A stretch of DNA of 64,000 nt, from contig CAVRDD010000054.1 of the NCBI GenBank assembly GCA_963719715.1, positions 7,383-71,382 on the forward strand. The letters are read 5' to 3'. Positions 10,043 through 18,813 of the stretch are shown piece by piece (position 1 is the stretch's first letter; each line of letters starts with the position of its first letter). The notes beneath the pieces were generated by a model, which was not told the DNA's origin, searched no databases, and saw only the letters and a list, made by a program, of their open reading frames with translations. The stretch is from an uncultured beta proteobacterium. Its GTDB lineage: Bacteria; Pseudomonadota; Gammaproteobacteria; Burkholderiales; JAEUMW01. The position numbers and the translations under genes are program-made.

Positions 10043-10339
10043 GTGATCGAAGTTCGCCAGACACCCGAATACGAGAAGTGGTTCGCGTCGTTGAAGGATC
10101 GGACAGCACGCGTCCGCATAGACATCCGAATCCGACGCCTATCGCTCGGGAACGCCGGCGTCGTCGAGCCAGTTGGCGAAGGTGTATCGGAACTGAAGAT
10201 TGACCACGGCCCGGGCTACCGGGTGTACTTCTTTCAGCACGGCAACCGCTATCTGCTGCTGCTCGTAGGCGGAGATAAGTCCACTCAATCGCGCGACATC
10301 AAGAAGGCGAAGGAACTGGCGCGCAAGTATGCGGAGTAA
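10043..10339 (+). CDS. type II toxin, RelE/ParE superfamily ('addiction module killer' type)
   Basis: 98 aa, GTG start. MIEVRQTPEYEKWFASLKD...RIRRLSLGNAG...GPGYRVYF...LLLVGGDKSTQSRDIKKAKEL. The toxin-first order with the following HTH gene is typical of HigBA-like modules. Confidence 0.85.
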   Translation: MIEVRQTPEYEKWFASLKDRTARVRIDIRIRRLSLGNAGVVEPVGEGVSELKIDHGPGYRVYFFQHGNRYLLLLVGGDKSTQSRDIKKAKELARKYAE

Positions 10340-10343
10340 AGAA

Positions 10344-10670
10344 ATGGCCAAGGCAAATACTCGTATCTGGGATCCTGCGGAACATCTTCAGTCTGATGAA
10401 GACATGGCAGCGTACCTCGAGGCAGCGCTCGAAGAAGGTGACGCATCGCTCTTCGCGGCAGCGCTCGGAGACATCGCACGTGCCAAGGGCATGTCGCAAC
10501 TCGCGCGCGAGACCGGCCTTGGAAGGGAGAGCCTCTACAAGGCCCTATCTCCTTCCGGAAACCCAGAGTTTGCAACTATTCTGCGCGTCGTCGGCGCCCT
10601 TGGTCTGCAACTACACGCAACCACTGCCAGCGTCAAAAGTGCAGGCTCTCAAGAAACACTTCGGGAGTGA
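10344..10670 (+). CDS. HigA-like HTH antitoxin ('addiction module antidote')
   Basis: MAKANTRIWDPAEHLQSDEDMAAYLEAALEEGD...ARAKGMSQLARETGLGRESLYKALS.GNPEFATILRVVGALG. ATG 10344 is preceded by GGAG. An alternative ATG at 10329 overlaps the toxin stop. Confidence 0.85.
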   Translation: MAKANTRIWDPAEHLQSDEDMAAYLEAALEEGDASLFAAALGDIARAKGMSQLARETGLGRESLYKALSPSGNPEFATILRVVGALGLQLHATTASVKSAGSQETLRE

Positions 10671-10688
10671 TTGATCCGTGATGAGGTT

Positions 10689-10830
10689 TCAGGCTGTCTG
10701 TTCGATGGCGACGAACTTCATGCCGAGTTGCTGTGCGCGGCGGGACAGGTTGAGCAAGACGCGCTGGCGATAGCGTTGCTCGTAGTAGTCCTAGCCCTGG
10801 TCGGTGCATTCCTCGCCTTGGTGAGCTGCC
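10689..10830 (-). mobile_element. second, more decayed IS110-family transposase 3' remnant
   Basis: Aligns by eye with 9675..9800 (LTK.EE.TDQG*DYYEQRYRQRVLLNLSRRAQQLGMKFVAIEQTA*). It contains an in-frame TAG and a 1-nt gap. Same orientation as the first remnant. Confidence 0.5.
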
Positions 10831-10834
10831 GACG

Positions 10835-11060
10835 CGTTTGTCGAAGTGGTGATCTGGCAAGTTGGAGCCGGTTCCACCCTCGATACATCTTTTCAAGTAC
10901 CGCTTGGCTTACGTGGTCCGACAAGAATGCGTTCTTCGCTACGACAACGAACGCGGAAAGGGTGATCACCGGCACACCGATCGAGTTCCCTTTTGATGCC
11001 GGCATGGCCGTCATCATGCTCACGCCGCTGGCGCGACTCGTGCCTGCCGCCCGCGCATGA
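10835..11060 (+). pseudogene. remnant of a YDNERGKGDHRH-motif protein (recalled as DUF6516/TumE-like toxin family), N-terminally truncated and frameshifted
   Basis: One frame reads PSIHLFKYRLAYVVRQECVLRYDNERGKGDHRH. The upstream part (VVIWQV) and downstream part (TPIEFPFD...) are in other frames. Confidence 0.4.
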
Positions 11061-11425
11061 TGCCGAAGCGAAACTCTGCTCCCCTCCTGATGGCCATGGT
11101 CGTCGGCGCACTGCTCTGGATTCTCGCCTCGGTTCTCGGTGGCAGACGCGAGCCCTGGGACAGCGCCGCTTACTGGGGCTTCGCCTATCCCGCAGCCATA
11201 TTTGTCGCGGGGTGCATCGGCTTCTTCTTTCCTGACCGGCCCTGGCGCTGGGCGCTCGCCTTGTTCGGGGCGCAATTCGTCGCCATGTGCATCCTGAATG
11301 GCGATCTCGGCAACCTCTGGCCTCTGGGGCTCGTGCTTTTTGCCATCCTCGCAACGCCGGCGGTATTCGTCGCGACCGTCGCTTCCCGACTGAGCAGCCG
11401 CTCGCGCCCGGGCGGCGTCTCCTAG
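11057..11425 (+). CDS. small integral membrane protein, unknown function
   Basis: 122 aa with about 4 predicted hydrophobic helices (LLMAMVVGALLWILASVL, AIFVAGCIGFFF, LALFGAQFVAMCIL, LGLVLFAILATPAVFVATV). Confidence 0.6.
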   Translation: MMPKRNSAPLLMAMVVGALLWILASVLGGRREPWDSAAYWGFAYPAAIFVAGCIGFFFPDRPWRWALALFGAQFVAMCILNGDLGNLWPLGLVLFAILATPAVFVATVASRLSSRSRPGGVS

Positions 11426-11632
11426 CCTTCGTACGCCGGTCGCAGACCGGCTGATCTGTCGTTCACACGCCCAGCGCCGGGCGAGCACAGGTAGTGTGCT
11501 CGTGCTTCCAATATCTGCCGCCTGCAATCGGCACGTGTGCACGCGAAGATGCGAAAATTCCGTCTGCACGCCAACCCGAGCCGGGCAGCAGCAAGAAACC
11601 TTCTTCACTCGTACACCTCATCCTCCGTTCCC

Positions 11633-12946
11633 ATGGTTCCTCTGTTTCGTCTCGGTCTCGTCGAGGCCGTCAACAAGATCGCCACCGGCGAGATTACGAG
11701 CGCCGATCTCACCCAAAGTTGCCTCGCGCGCATCGCGCAACTGGAAGACGAGGTCGGGGCTTTCGCCTGGCTCGACGCGGCGCGGGCGGTGGACTGCGCG
11801 GGGCGCGCGGACGCGAGACAGCACGCGGGCGACCCGCTCGGTGCGCTGCACGGCCTGCCGATCGGCGTGAAGGACATCATGCCCACGCTCGGTGTGCCCA
11901 CCGGGCGCGGCTCGCCGATCCATCGCGGCGATGTGCCCACTGCCTCCGCCGACGTCGTCGAGAAGCTGGAAGCGGCCGGCGCGTTCGTCCTCGGCAAGAC
12001 CGTCACGGCCGAGTTCGCGTTTCTCACGCCGGGCAAGACGCGCAACCCGTGGAGCCTGCTGCACACGCCAGGCGGATCGTCGAGCGGCTCGGCCGCGGCG
12101 GTCGCAGCGGGTTTTTGCCCGGGCGCGCTCGGCACACAGACCAACGGCTCGATGATTCGCCCGGCGGCGTTCTGCGGCGTGGTGGGCTACAAGCCGACGC
12201 AGGGGTTCATCCGCTTCGACGGTGTCCACCAGTTCAGCCGCACGCTCGATCAGATCGGCGTGTTCGCGCGATCGGTCGCCGACTGCGCCTGGCTCGCGGC
12301 CGCGCTCGCCGACGAGCCGGGGATTCCCACGGCACCCGCCTCGCTCGATCGTCTGCCAAAGCTCGCGGCGGTGCGCACGCCGGTGTGGGACCGTGCGACC
12401 GAAGCGCAGCAGGCTCGCTTCGCCGCGGACGTCGCGGCGCTGCGTGAGGCCGGCGCGCTGGTATGGGAAGCGGAGTTGCCCGTGCGCTTCGCCGAGGCGC
12501 ACGCAGCACAGCGGCGCATAATGTACCGCGAGGCAACGGTTGAGTTTGCGGCGCTTTCGCGCACGCGAGCGGACGACTTGAGCGCGGGACTGCGGGCGGC
12601 ACTCGCGGAAGGCGCGCGGGTGAGCGATGCCGAGCTGGCAGAAGCGCTCGCCGTGCGCGATGAACTTGCGCAGTCGCTCGACGTGTTCTTCGGGGACTTC
12701 GACGCGATCATCACGCCACCGGCGACGGGAGAAGCGCCGCTCGGCATCGAGACCACCGGCGACCCGGTCTTCTGCACGATCTGGACGCTGACGCAGGTGC
12801 CGGCGATCAGCATTCCCACGGGCTTCGGTCCGTCGGGCCTGCCGCTGGGGCTGCAGATCACTGCCGGGCGCGGACGCGACGGCGTAGCGCTGACCGTGGC
12901 GGCGTGGTGCGAGGCGCGACTGCCGCTGACCGGTCTGCCGCGTTGA
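11633..12946 (+). CDS. amidase (amidase-signature family)
   Basis: AS signature GGSSSGSAAAVAAG and GVKD. ATG 11633 was chosen within ORF 11537..12946. Confidence 0.85.
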   Translation: MVPLFRLGLVEAVNKIATGEITSADLTQSCLARIAQLEDEVGAFAWLDAARAVDCAGRADARQHAGDPLGALHGLPIGVKDIMPTLGVPTGRGSPIHRGDVPTASADVVEKLEAAGAFVLGKTVTAEFAFLTPGKTRNPWSLLHTPGGSSSGSAAAVAAGFCPGALGTQTNGSMIRPAAFCGVVGYKPTQGFIRFDGVHQFSRTLDQIGVFARSVADCAWLAAALADEPGIPTAPASLDRLPKLAAVRTPVWDRATEAQQARFAADVAALREAGALVWEAELPVRFAEAHAAQRRIMYREATVEFAALSRTRADDLSAGLRAALAEGARVSDAELAEALAVRDELAQSLDVFFGDFDAIITPPATGEAPLGIETTGDPVFCTIWTLTQVPAISIPTGFGPSGLPLGLQITAGRGRDGVALTVAAWCEARLPLTGLPR

Positions 12947-13905
12947 ATTATTTCGCGCGTCTTTTCGACCTGATGGTTCAGGTCATGCTGCCGCTCTCCC
13001 TGCTGGTCGCGGCCGGCGGCGTGTGGCCGGTGGTGTTCAAGGACGTCCACGTCGAGGCGGTGCGCAACGAGCTGAATCGCATCGTGCTCTACCTCTTCTA
13101 TCCCTGCATCATGTTCGCCGTGGCGGCAGTCACGCCGATCACGTGGAACCTGCTCACGGTGCCGCTGCTGAACGGCATCACGGTGCTGCTCACGGGGCTC
13201 GTTCTCTACTGGCTGCTCTATCGGTCGGCGCTCGGCCGCGATCTTTCCGACGGCACCCGCGCCATCCTCATGCTCGGCGGCATGTTCGGCAACACGTTCA
13301 ACGTCGGCGTGCCGGTGCTGGTGTTCCTGTACGGCGCTGACGCGCCGCGCTATGCGGTGTTCAACGATATGCTGATGTCGGTGCCTTTCATCTGGAGCCT
13401 GGGCGTGTGGATCTGCACGCGCCTCGGTGCGCACCGCACGGCGGCGGGACAGCCGTCGGTGTGGCGCATCATGGCCTCGATGCCTCCGATCTGGGCGTTC
13501 GTCCTCGGTGTGGCCTATCAGCAGTCCGGACTTCACTATCCGCCGATCATCGCTGCCACCAACTTCATCGGGCAGGCAACCATCCCGGCGATCCTGTTCG
13601 CACTCGGCATGACGATTCCCTGGCGTCAGCTCACCCCGCGTCGGGAGATTCTGGTGACCTCGGCGGTGAAGCTGATTGTGACGCCGATGCTGACGTGGGC
13701 CGTGGCGCACGCGTTGTTCGCGCCGCTGGAAGAAGCGCAGTACGCGGCAGTGGTGGAAGCGTCGACACCCGCCTTCGTGACCCTGCTGGTGCTCGCCAGC
13801 CGCTTCGATCTCGACTCCGCGTCGGCGGCCTTGCTCATCGGCTGGAGCACCATTCTCTTCTGGATTACGCTGCCGCTGCTGCTGGCGGCGGGACTTATTC
13901 GCTAG
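12943..13905 (+). CDS. AEC (auxin efflux carrier) family transporter
   Basis: Polytopic membrane protein with AEC-like N- and C-terminal halves. The TTG at 12943 overlaps the amidase stop (TTGA). Alternative ATG at 12973. Confidence 0.75.
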   Translation: MNYFARLFDLMVQVMLPLSLLVAAGGVWPVVFKDVHVEAVRNELNRIVLYLFYPCIMFAVAAVTPITWNLLTVPLLNGITVLLTGLVLYWLLYRSALGRDLSDGTRAILMLGGMFGNTFNVGVPVLVFLYGADAPRYAVFNDMLMSVPFIWSLGVWICTRLGAHRTAAGQPSVWRIMASMPPIWAFVLGVAYQQSGLHYPPIIAATNFIGQATIPAILFALGMTIPWRQLTPRREILVTSAVKLIVTPMLTWAVAHALFAPLEEAQYAAVVEASTPAFVTLLVLASRFDLDSASAALLIGWSTILFWITLPLLLAAGLIR

Positions 13906-13943
13906 GGTCCGTGAACAGGCCCCGATCAAACCGGAGACGCGAC

Positions 13944-14834
13944 ATGTCAAGCAAGGTGGGCTTTGCAGGGCTCGGCATCATGGGCCGGCCGATGGCACTC
14001 AATGTCATGAAGGGCGGTCACGCGATGGCGGTGCACGCGCGCCGCGCCGAGAGCATGCGGCCGCTGGCAGAGGCTGGTGCGGTGACGTGCGCCTCGCCCG
14101 CGGAGGTCGCGGCGAAGTCGGACGTGACCTTCGTCATGGTCTCGGACACGCCGGACGTGGAGCAGGTGATCCTCGGCCCAGGCGGCTGCAGCGAGGGCGC
14201 GAAAGCCGGCTCGGTCATCGTCGACATGAGCACCATCTCGCCTGCGGCCACGCGACGCATCGCCGCGGCGCTTGCCGAGAAAGGCATCGAGATGCTGGAC
14301 GCTCCGGTGTCCGGCGGCGAGGTCGGCGCGGTCAACGGCACGCTGTCGATCATGGTCGGTGGCCCGGCGCAGGCCTTCGAGCGCGTGCGGCCGCTCTTCG
14401 AATTGATGGGCAAGAACATCGTGCATATCGGCGAGAGCGGCGCCGGTCAGGTGGCGAAATCGTGCAACCAGATAGTTGCTGCGGTGACCATCGAGGCGGT
14501 GGCAGAAGCACTGTTGCTCGCGCGGGCGAACGGCGTCGACGCCGCGAAAGTGCGCGAGGCGCTGCTCGGCGGCTTCGCCTATTCGCGGGTGCTGGAACTG
14601 CACGGGAAGCGCATGCTCGACGACAACTTCCAACCCGGCTTCAAGGCGGCTTTGCATCAAAAAGACATGCGCATCGTGCTGCAAAGCGCATATGAACTCG
14701 GCGTGGCGCTGCCCGCCGCGGCGCTCGCCATGCAGCACATCAATGCGCTCGTCGGCAGCGGCGAAGGCGAGCTCGATTCCTCGGCGATCTACAAGGTGCT
14801 CGGGCGCATGAGCAAGAGGGGCGGCGATGCCTGA
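13944..14834 (+). CDS. NAD(P)-dependent 3-hydroxyacid dehydrogenase (2-hydroxy-3-oxopropionate / 3-hydroxyisobutyrate reductase family)
   Basis: N-terminal Rossmann motif VGFAGLGIMGRPMA and family-typical DAPVSGG. ATG 13944 was chosen within ORF 13407..14834. Confidence 0.85.
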   Translation: MSSKVGFAGLGIMGRPMALNVMKGGHAMAVHARRAESMRPLAEAGAVTCASPAEVAAKSDVTFVMVSDTPDVEQVILGPGGCSEGAKAGSVIVDMSTISPAATRRIAAALAEKGIEMLDAPVSGGEVGAVNGTLSIMVGGPAQAFERVRPLFELMGKNIVHIGESGAGQVAKSCNQIVAAVTIEAVAEALLLARANGVDAAKVREALLGGFAYSRVLELHGKRMLDDNFQPGFKAALHQKDMRIVLQSAYELGVALPAAALAMQHINALVGSGEGELDSSAIYKVLGRMSKRGGDA

Positions 14835-15711
14835 GCGCGTCGGCTTCATCGGGCTCGGCGTGATGGGCCGACCCATGGCGCTGCATCTCGCGCGTGCCGG
14901 CCATCCGCTCAGCGTCTACGCACGGCGACCGGCCGCGCTCACACCGTTGCTTGAGCAGGGCGCGGTTGCATGCGCGTCGCCCGCAGAGCTCGCACGGCGC
15001 TGTGACGTGGTCTTCACCATGGTGACGGCCGGGGCGGACGTCGAGGCGGTCGTGCTCGGTGCCGGCGGTGTCATCGAGGGCGCACGACCGGATCTCTTGG
15101 TAATCGATCACAGCACCATTCCACCGGCCACCGCCAAGCACGTCGCGGCGCAGCTCGCAGCCCACGGCGTGGCGCATCTCGACGCACCGGTCTCCGGTGG
15201 CGAGCGCGGGGCCATCGACGCTGCACTGTCGATCATGGTGGGCGGGACCGAGGGCGCGTTCCAGCGGGCCGAGCCACTTCTGCGCCGATTTGGCAAGACG
15301 GTGCTGCGCATCGGCGACGCCGGCGCGGGCCAGGCGGCGAAAGCCGCCAACCAGCTTGCCATCGTGCTCATGCTGCAGGGGATAGCTGAAGCACTCACGT
15401 TCGCAAGCGCGAGCGGCGTCGACCCTGGGAAGGTGCTGGAGGCGCTTCGCGGCGGCGCTGCCGCAAGCCGTATGCTCGACGTGATGGGAGCGAAGATGGT
15501 GAGCCGTGATTTCCGTCCAGGTGTGGAGGCGCGACTGCATCACAAGGACGTTCACATCGCGCTGGACAGCGCTGCGGCGGTCGGGCTCGCCGTTCCCGGC
15601 GCCGCGGTGGCGGCGCAGACATTCAATGCACTGATGGCGCGCGGCGGGGCCCGTCTCGACTCCGCAGCCGTGCTCACGGTGGTCGAGGCGGCGATGCGCG
15701 CCGGATCATAA
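14827..15711 (+). CDS. second NAD(P)-dependent 3-hydroxyacid dehydrogenase paralog
   Basis: VGFIGLGVMGRPMA and DAPVSGG. Its start overlaps the preceding stop by 8 nt. Confidence 0.85.
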   Translation: MPERVGFIGLGVMGRPMALHLARAGHPLSVYARRPAALTPLLEQGAVACASPAELARRCDVVFTMVTAGADVEAVVLGAGGVIEGARPDLLVIDHSTIPPATAKHVAAQLAAHGVAHLDAPVSGGERGAIDAALSIMVGGTEGAFQRAEPLLRRFGKTVLRIGDAGAGQAAKAANQLAIVLMLQGIAEALTFASASGVDPGKVLEALRGGAAASRMLDVMGAKMVSRDFRPGVEARLHHKDVHIALDSAAAVGLAVPGAAVAAQTFNALMARGGARLDSAAVLTVVEAAMRAGS

Positions 15712-16034
15712 GGTCAAACTTATCGTAACCATCAGCAAGTGCTATTGGACGCGGCCGATAGTCGATCCTAATGTCTCTCTTATAAACAGGTACGCATAGG
15801 GAGAGAAAATATATGATCATTCGCAATCGGCTTATGTCATTCGTGTTACGCAATCCGGAGCGTGAAGTCGTCACTTCCACCCGCAGACAACCTCGGGTCT
15901 TGGCCCGACTCGGGTCGAAGCTCCTGCAGAAACGCTCCGCGCTGCTCGCGCGCCATCCGCGTTAACGAGCCCCGATCGGGCGTGGACCAACAAGGTTCGC
16001 GCCTGACCGTCCTGCTGTATTCCTGAACCGCGAC

Positions 16035-18776
16035 CTACCCCGTTGCGCCGAGTCCGCTCGCCACGCAATTGATCGATAGCAGCAGGGGTGCCTTGATCGC
16101 TTCCTTCTCCGGGCCTTCGGCGGCCGCTCGAAACCGCCGCAACAGCTCAATCTGCTCGCGGCTCACCTGATTGACCGTTGGCAGTCGATGCGCGAGTCTC
16201 GCCCGGAACTCCGGGAAGCGGTCCGCGATCGCGGACTCGCCGGTGACCACCCGCACCATCTCGCACGTACGTACGTACTCGTCGCGCACCAGCTCGAAGA
16301 TCTCGTCTCGCAGCGTTGCATCGGGCACCAGTTCGGCGTACAGCCGGGCGATTTCCAGGTCCACCACCGCCAGCGTCTTTTCCGCTTCGTCCACCACCAG
16401 ACGGAACAGCCGCGACTCGCGAAACATGCGCGCCAGCAGGAGGTCGCCAGCAGCGCCGCGTACCTTCCTGAAAGCTGCGAGACCGCTGCCGAGCCCGAAC
16501 CAGCCGGTGATGATGTGGCGGTTCTGTGACCACGCGAAGACCCACGGGATCGCGCGCAACTCGGCCAGCGTTCTGGCGCCGAAGCGGCGTGCCGGACGCG
16601 AGCCGATATTGAGCAAAGAGATTTCTTCGAGCGGACTTGCCGCCTGCAGGTAAGCCACCAGTCCCGGGTGCGCCGCGAGCCGCAGGTACGCCGCGCGCGC
16701 AGCGCCCGCCAGCGCTTCCATCGCGTCGTCGAACTCCGGCACCGGCTCCAGTTCGTGCTCACGTTCTGACTTGAGCGCGTGCTCCAGCACACTCGCCGCG
16801 AGCAGTTCGACCTGGTAGGCGGCGGTGCCGCGGTTTGCATACTTGAGCGACACTACTTCGCCCTGCTCGGTGAGCCGGAAGCGGCCGCGGATCGAGCCGG
16901 CCGGCTGCGCGGCGATGGCGCGTCCGGCAGGGATGCCACCGCGACTCACGGACCCGCCGCGGCCGTGGAAGAACGCGATGGTGACGCCGTGCTCCTGCCC
17001 CACCTGCGAGAGCCGCGTCTGCGCCTTGGCAAGCTCCCAGTTCGACGGCAGAAAGCCGCCGTCCTTGTTGGAATCCGAATAGCCGATCATCACCTCCTGC
17101 AGTCCACTCTGTGCCGAGAGGCTGCGGCGTATCACCGGCACCGCCAGCAGATCGCGCATGATTGCTGGCGCACCGCGCAGGTCGTCGATGGTCTCGAAGA
17201 GCGGCATGATCGGCAACATGCATCGCTCGACGCCGGCAGGATCGGCGAAGAGGCCGGCTTCTTTCGCGAGCAGATAGACGCCGAGAATGTCGGAGGCATT
17301 CCGGGTCATGCTCAGGATGAAGCTGCCGAAGGCATCGCGGTCGGTGACGGCGCGCATCTCGCGCACGAGGCGAAAGAGCCCCAGCGTCTCCTGCGCGGTC
17401 GACGTCAGACCGCCCAGGTCGCGGGTCTCGCGCAGCGGCCGCTCGAGCTCGGCAAGCAGCCATGCGCGCCATTGCGAAGAATCATGCTGCGGCGGATCGG
17501 CCGTCGGGTCAGGCGCGCGAAGACGCCACAAACCCTCCAGCGCCTCCGTGGTGCGCGTGGAGTTTTCGCGCAGGTCCAGGCGCGCGGTGCAGAAGCGGAA
17601 GGTCTCCACCTGACGCCGAAGCGGGCGCACCAACGCACGCGCGAGTGTTTCCGCGCGTGCCGCGGTGAGCGCCGCTTCCATGGCCCGCAGATCCTCGACA
17701 AGAGCGTCGGCGGTGCCATAGCCGCTGTCGACCGGCGGCGGCTCGCCGCGCTCGGTGCAGGCGATGGTGCCCTCGAGGCGCGCGAGCATGCACATCGTGA
17801 ATTGGCGGAACGGCTCGCCGGGGTTGCGTGCGGCAATCCCATCGCTCTCCCCGCTGTGGGCGAGCGCGAGTTCGAGCCGACGACGGAAGTCTTCCGGCAG
17901 TGGGATGAGACGCCCGCTCAAGGAGAGAGAGCGCGCCAGGTCCACGAGCCGCTGGCGATGGCGCTTCAGACTGGCGAGCCGGTATTCGACGAGCGCAGCG
18001 CGGGTGACCGCGTTGGTGACGAAAGGGTTGCCGTCACGGTCGCCACCGATCCACGAGCCGAGCTCGAAAAAAGGCGGTGCTTCAAACGTGGCGCCCGTAT
18101 AGTGCTCGGCGACCGCTTCTTCCAGCTTGGCCAGGAGTTCCGGCACCACGTCGAACAGCGTCTCGCTGAAGAAGTGCAGACCCCAGAACACCTCGTGCGC
18201 GACCTGGGGCTTTTCCAGGCGCAGCTCACCGGTCAGCAGCAGCACTTCGATCTCGTTGCGCAGACTGTTTTCGAGTCCGCTGCGTTCGCGCGCGGTCCAG
18301 CGCGGGGACTGGTAGTCGAGCAGCAGAAGATAGATGCGGCGCAGACGCTCCAGCACCGTTACGCGCTTCGCCTCCGTCGGGTGCGCCGTGATCACCGGTC
18401 GCACGTGCAGGCTGCGCACCAGTGCGTGCAGCGCGTCGGGCGTAATGGCGGCGGCCGCCGCTTCCGCAATCACGAAGTGCAAGGTGCCGGGCACGTGGCT
18501 GCGTCCGCGCTCGGTCTCGATGACGCGCCGGCGCGCCATGCCGTCGTTCTCATCGGCGATGTTGAGGAGCTGGAAAAAGAGGCCCTGGGTCTGCAGCAGT
18601 CGCGCCAGCGTCGCCGGCGGCAAACCGGAGGGCGGCAACTCGCCACGGAGGATGGCGGCCACCTTCGGCTCGTGGCGCGCGGTGACCTCCAGCAGAAGAC
18701 GCGACAGCAGGGCGAGGGGCTCCCGAGCTGGGGGCTTGTCGCTCGCCGCCCGCGGCGGTGGGGCTTGGGTCGTCAT
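16035..18776 (-). CDS. ppc: phosphoenolpyruvate carboxylase
   Basis: Motifs VMIGYSDSNKDGG and FHGRGGSVSRGG; 913 aa. ATG 18776 was chosen within ORF 16035..18947. Confidence 0.95.
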   Translation of the reverse strand: MTTQAPPPRAASDKPPAREPLALLSRLLLEVTARHEPKVAAILRGELPPSGLPPATLARLLQTQGLFFQLLNIADENDGMARRRVIETERGRSHVPGTLHFVIAEAAAAAITPDALHALVRSLHVRPVITAHPTEAKRVTVLERLRRIYLLLLDYQSPRWTARERSGLENSLRNEIEVLLLTGELRLEKPQVAHEVFWGLHFFSETLFDVVPELLAKLEEAVAEHYTGATFEAPPFFELGSWIGGDRDGNPFVTNAVTRAALVEYRLASLKRHRQRLVDLARSLSLSGRLIPLPEDFRRRLELALAHSGESDGIAARNPGEPFRQFTMCMLARLEGTIACTERGEPPPVDSGYGTADALVEDLRAMEAALTAARAETLARALVRPLRRQVETFRFCTARLDLRENSTRTTEALEGLWRLRAPDPTADPPQHDSSQWRAWLLAELERPLRETRDLGGLTSTAQETLGLFRLVREMRAVTDRDAFGSFILSMTRNASDILGVYLLAKEAGLFADPAGVERCMLPIMPLFETIDDLRGAPAIMRDLLAVPVIRRSLSAQSGLQEVMIGYSDSNKDGGFLPSNWELAKAQTRLSQVGQEHGVTIAFFHGRGGSVSRGGIPAGRAIAAQPAGSIRGRFRLTEQGEVVSLKYANRGTAAYQVELLAASVLEHALKSEREHELEPVPEFDDAMEALAGAARAAYLRLAAHPGLVAYLQAASPLEEISLLNIGSRPARRFGARTLAELRAIPWVFAWSQNRHIITGWFGLGSGLAAFRKVRGAAGDLLLARMFRESRLFRLVVDEAEKTLAVVDLEIARLYAELVPDATLRDEIFELVRDEYVRTCEMVRVVTGESAIADRFPEFRARLAHRLPTVNQVSREQIELLRRFRAAAEGPEKEAIKAPLLLSINCVASGLGATG

Positions 18777-18813
18777 GGCAGCGTGCCCCGCGCCGGGCAG
18801 GCGCGGAGCGTCC

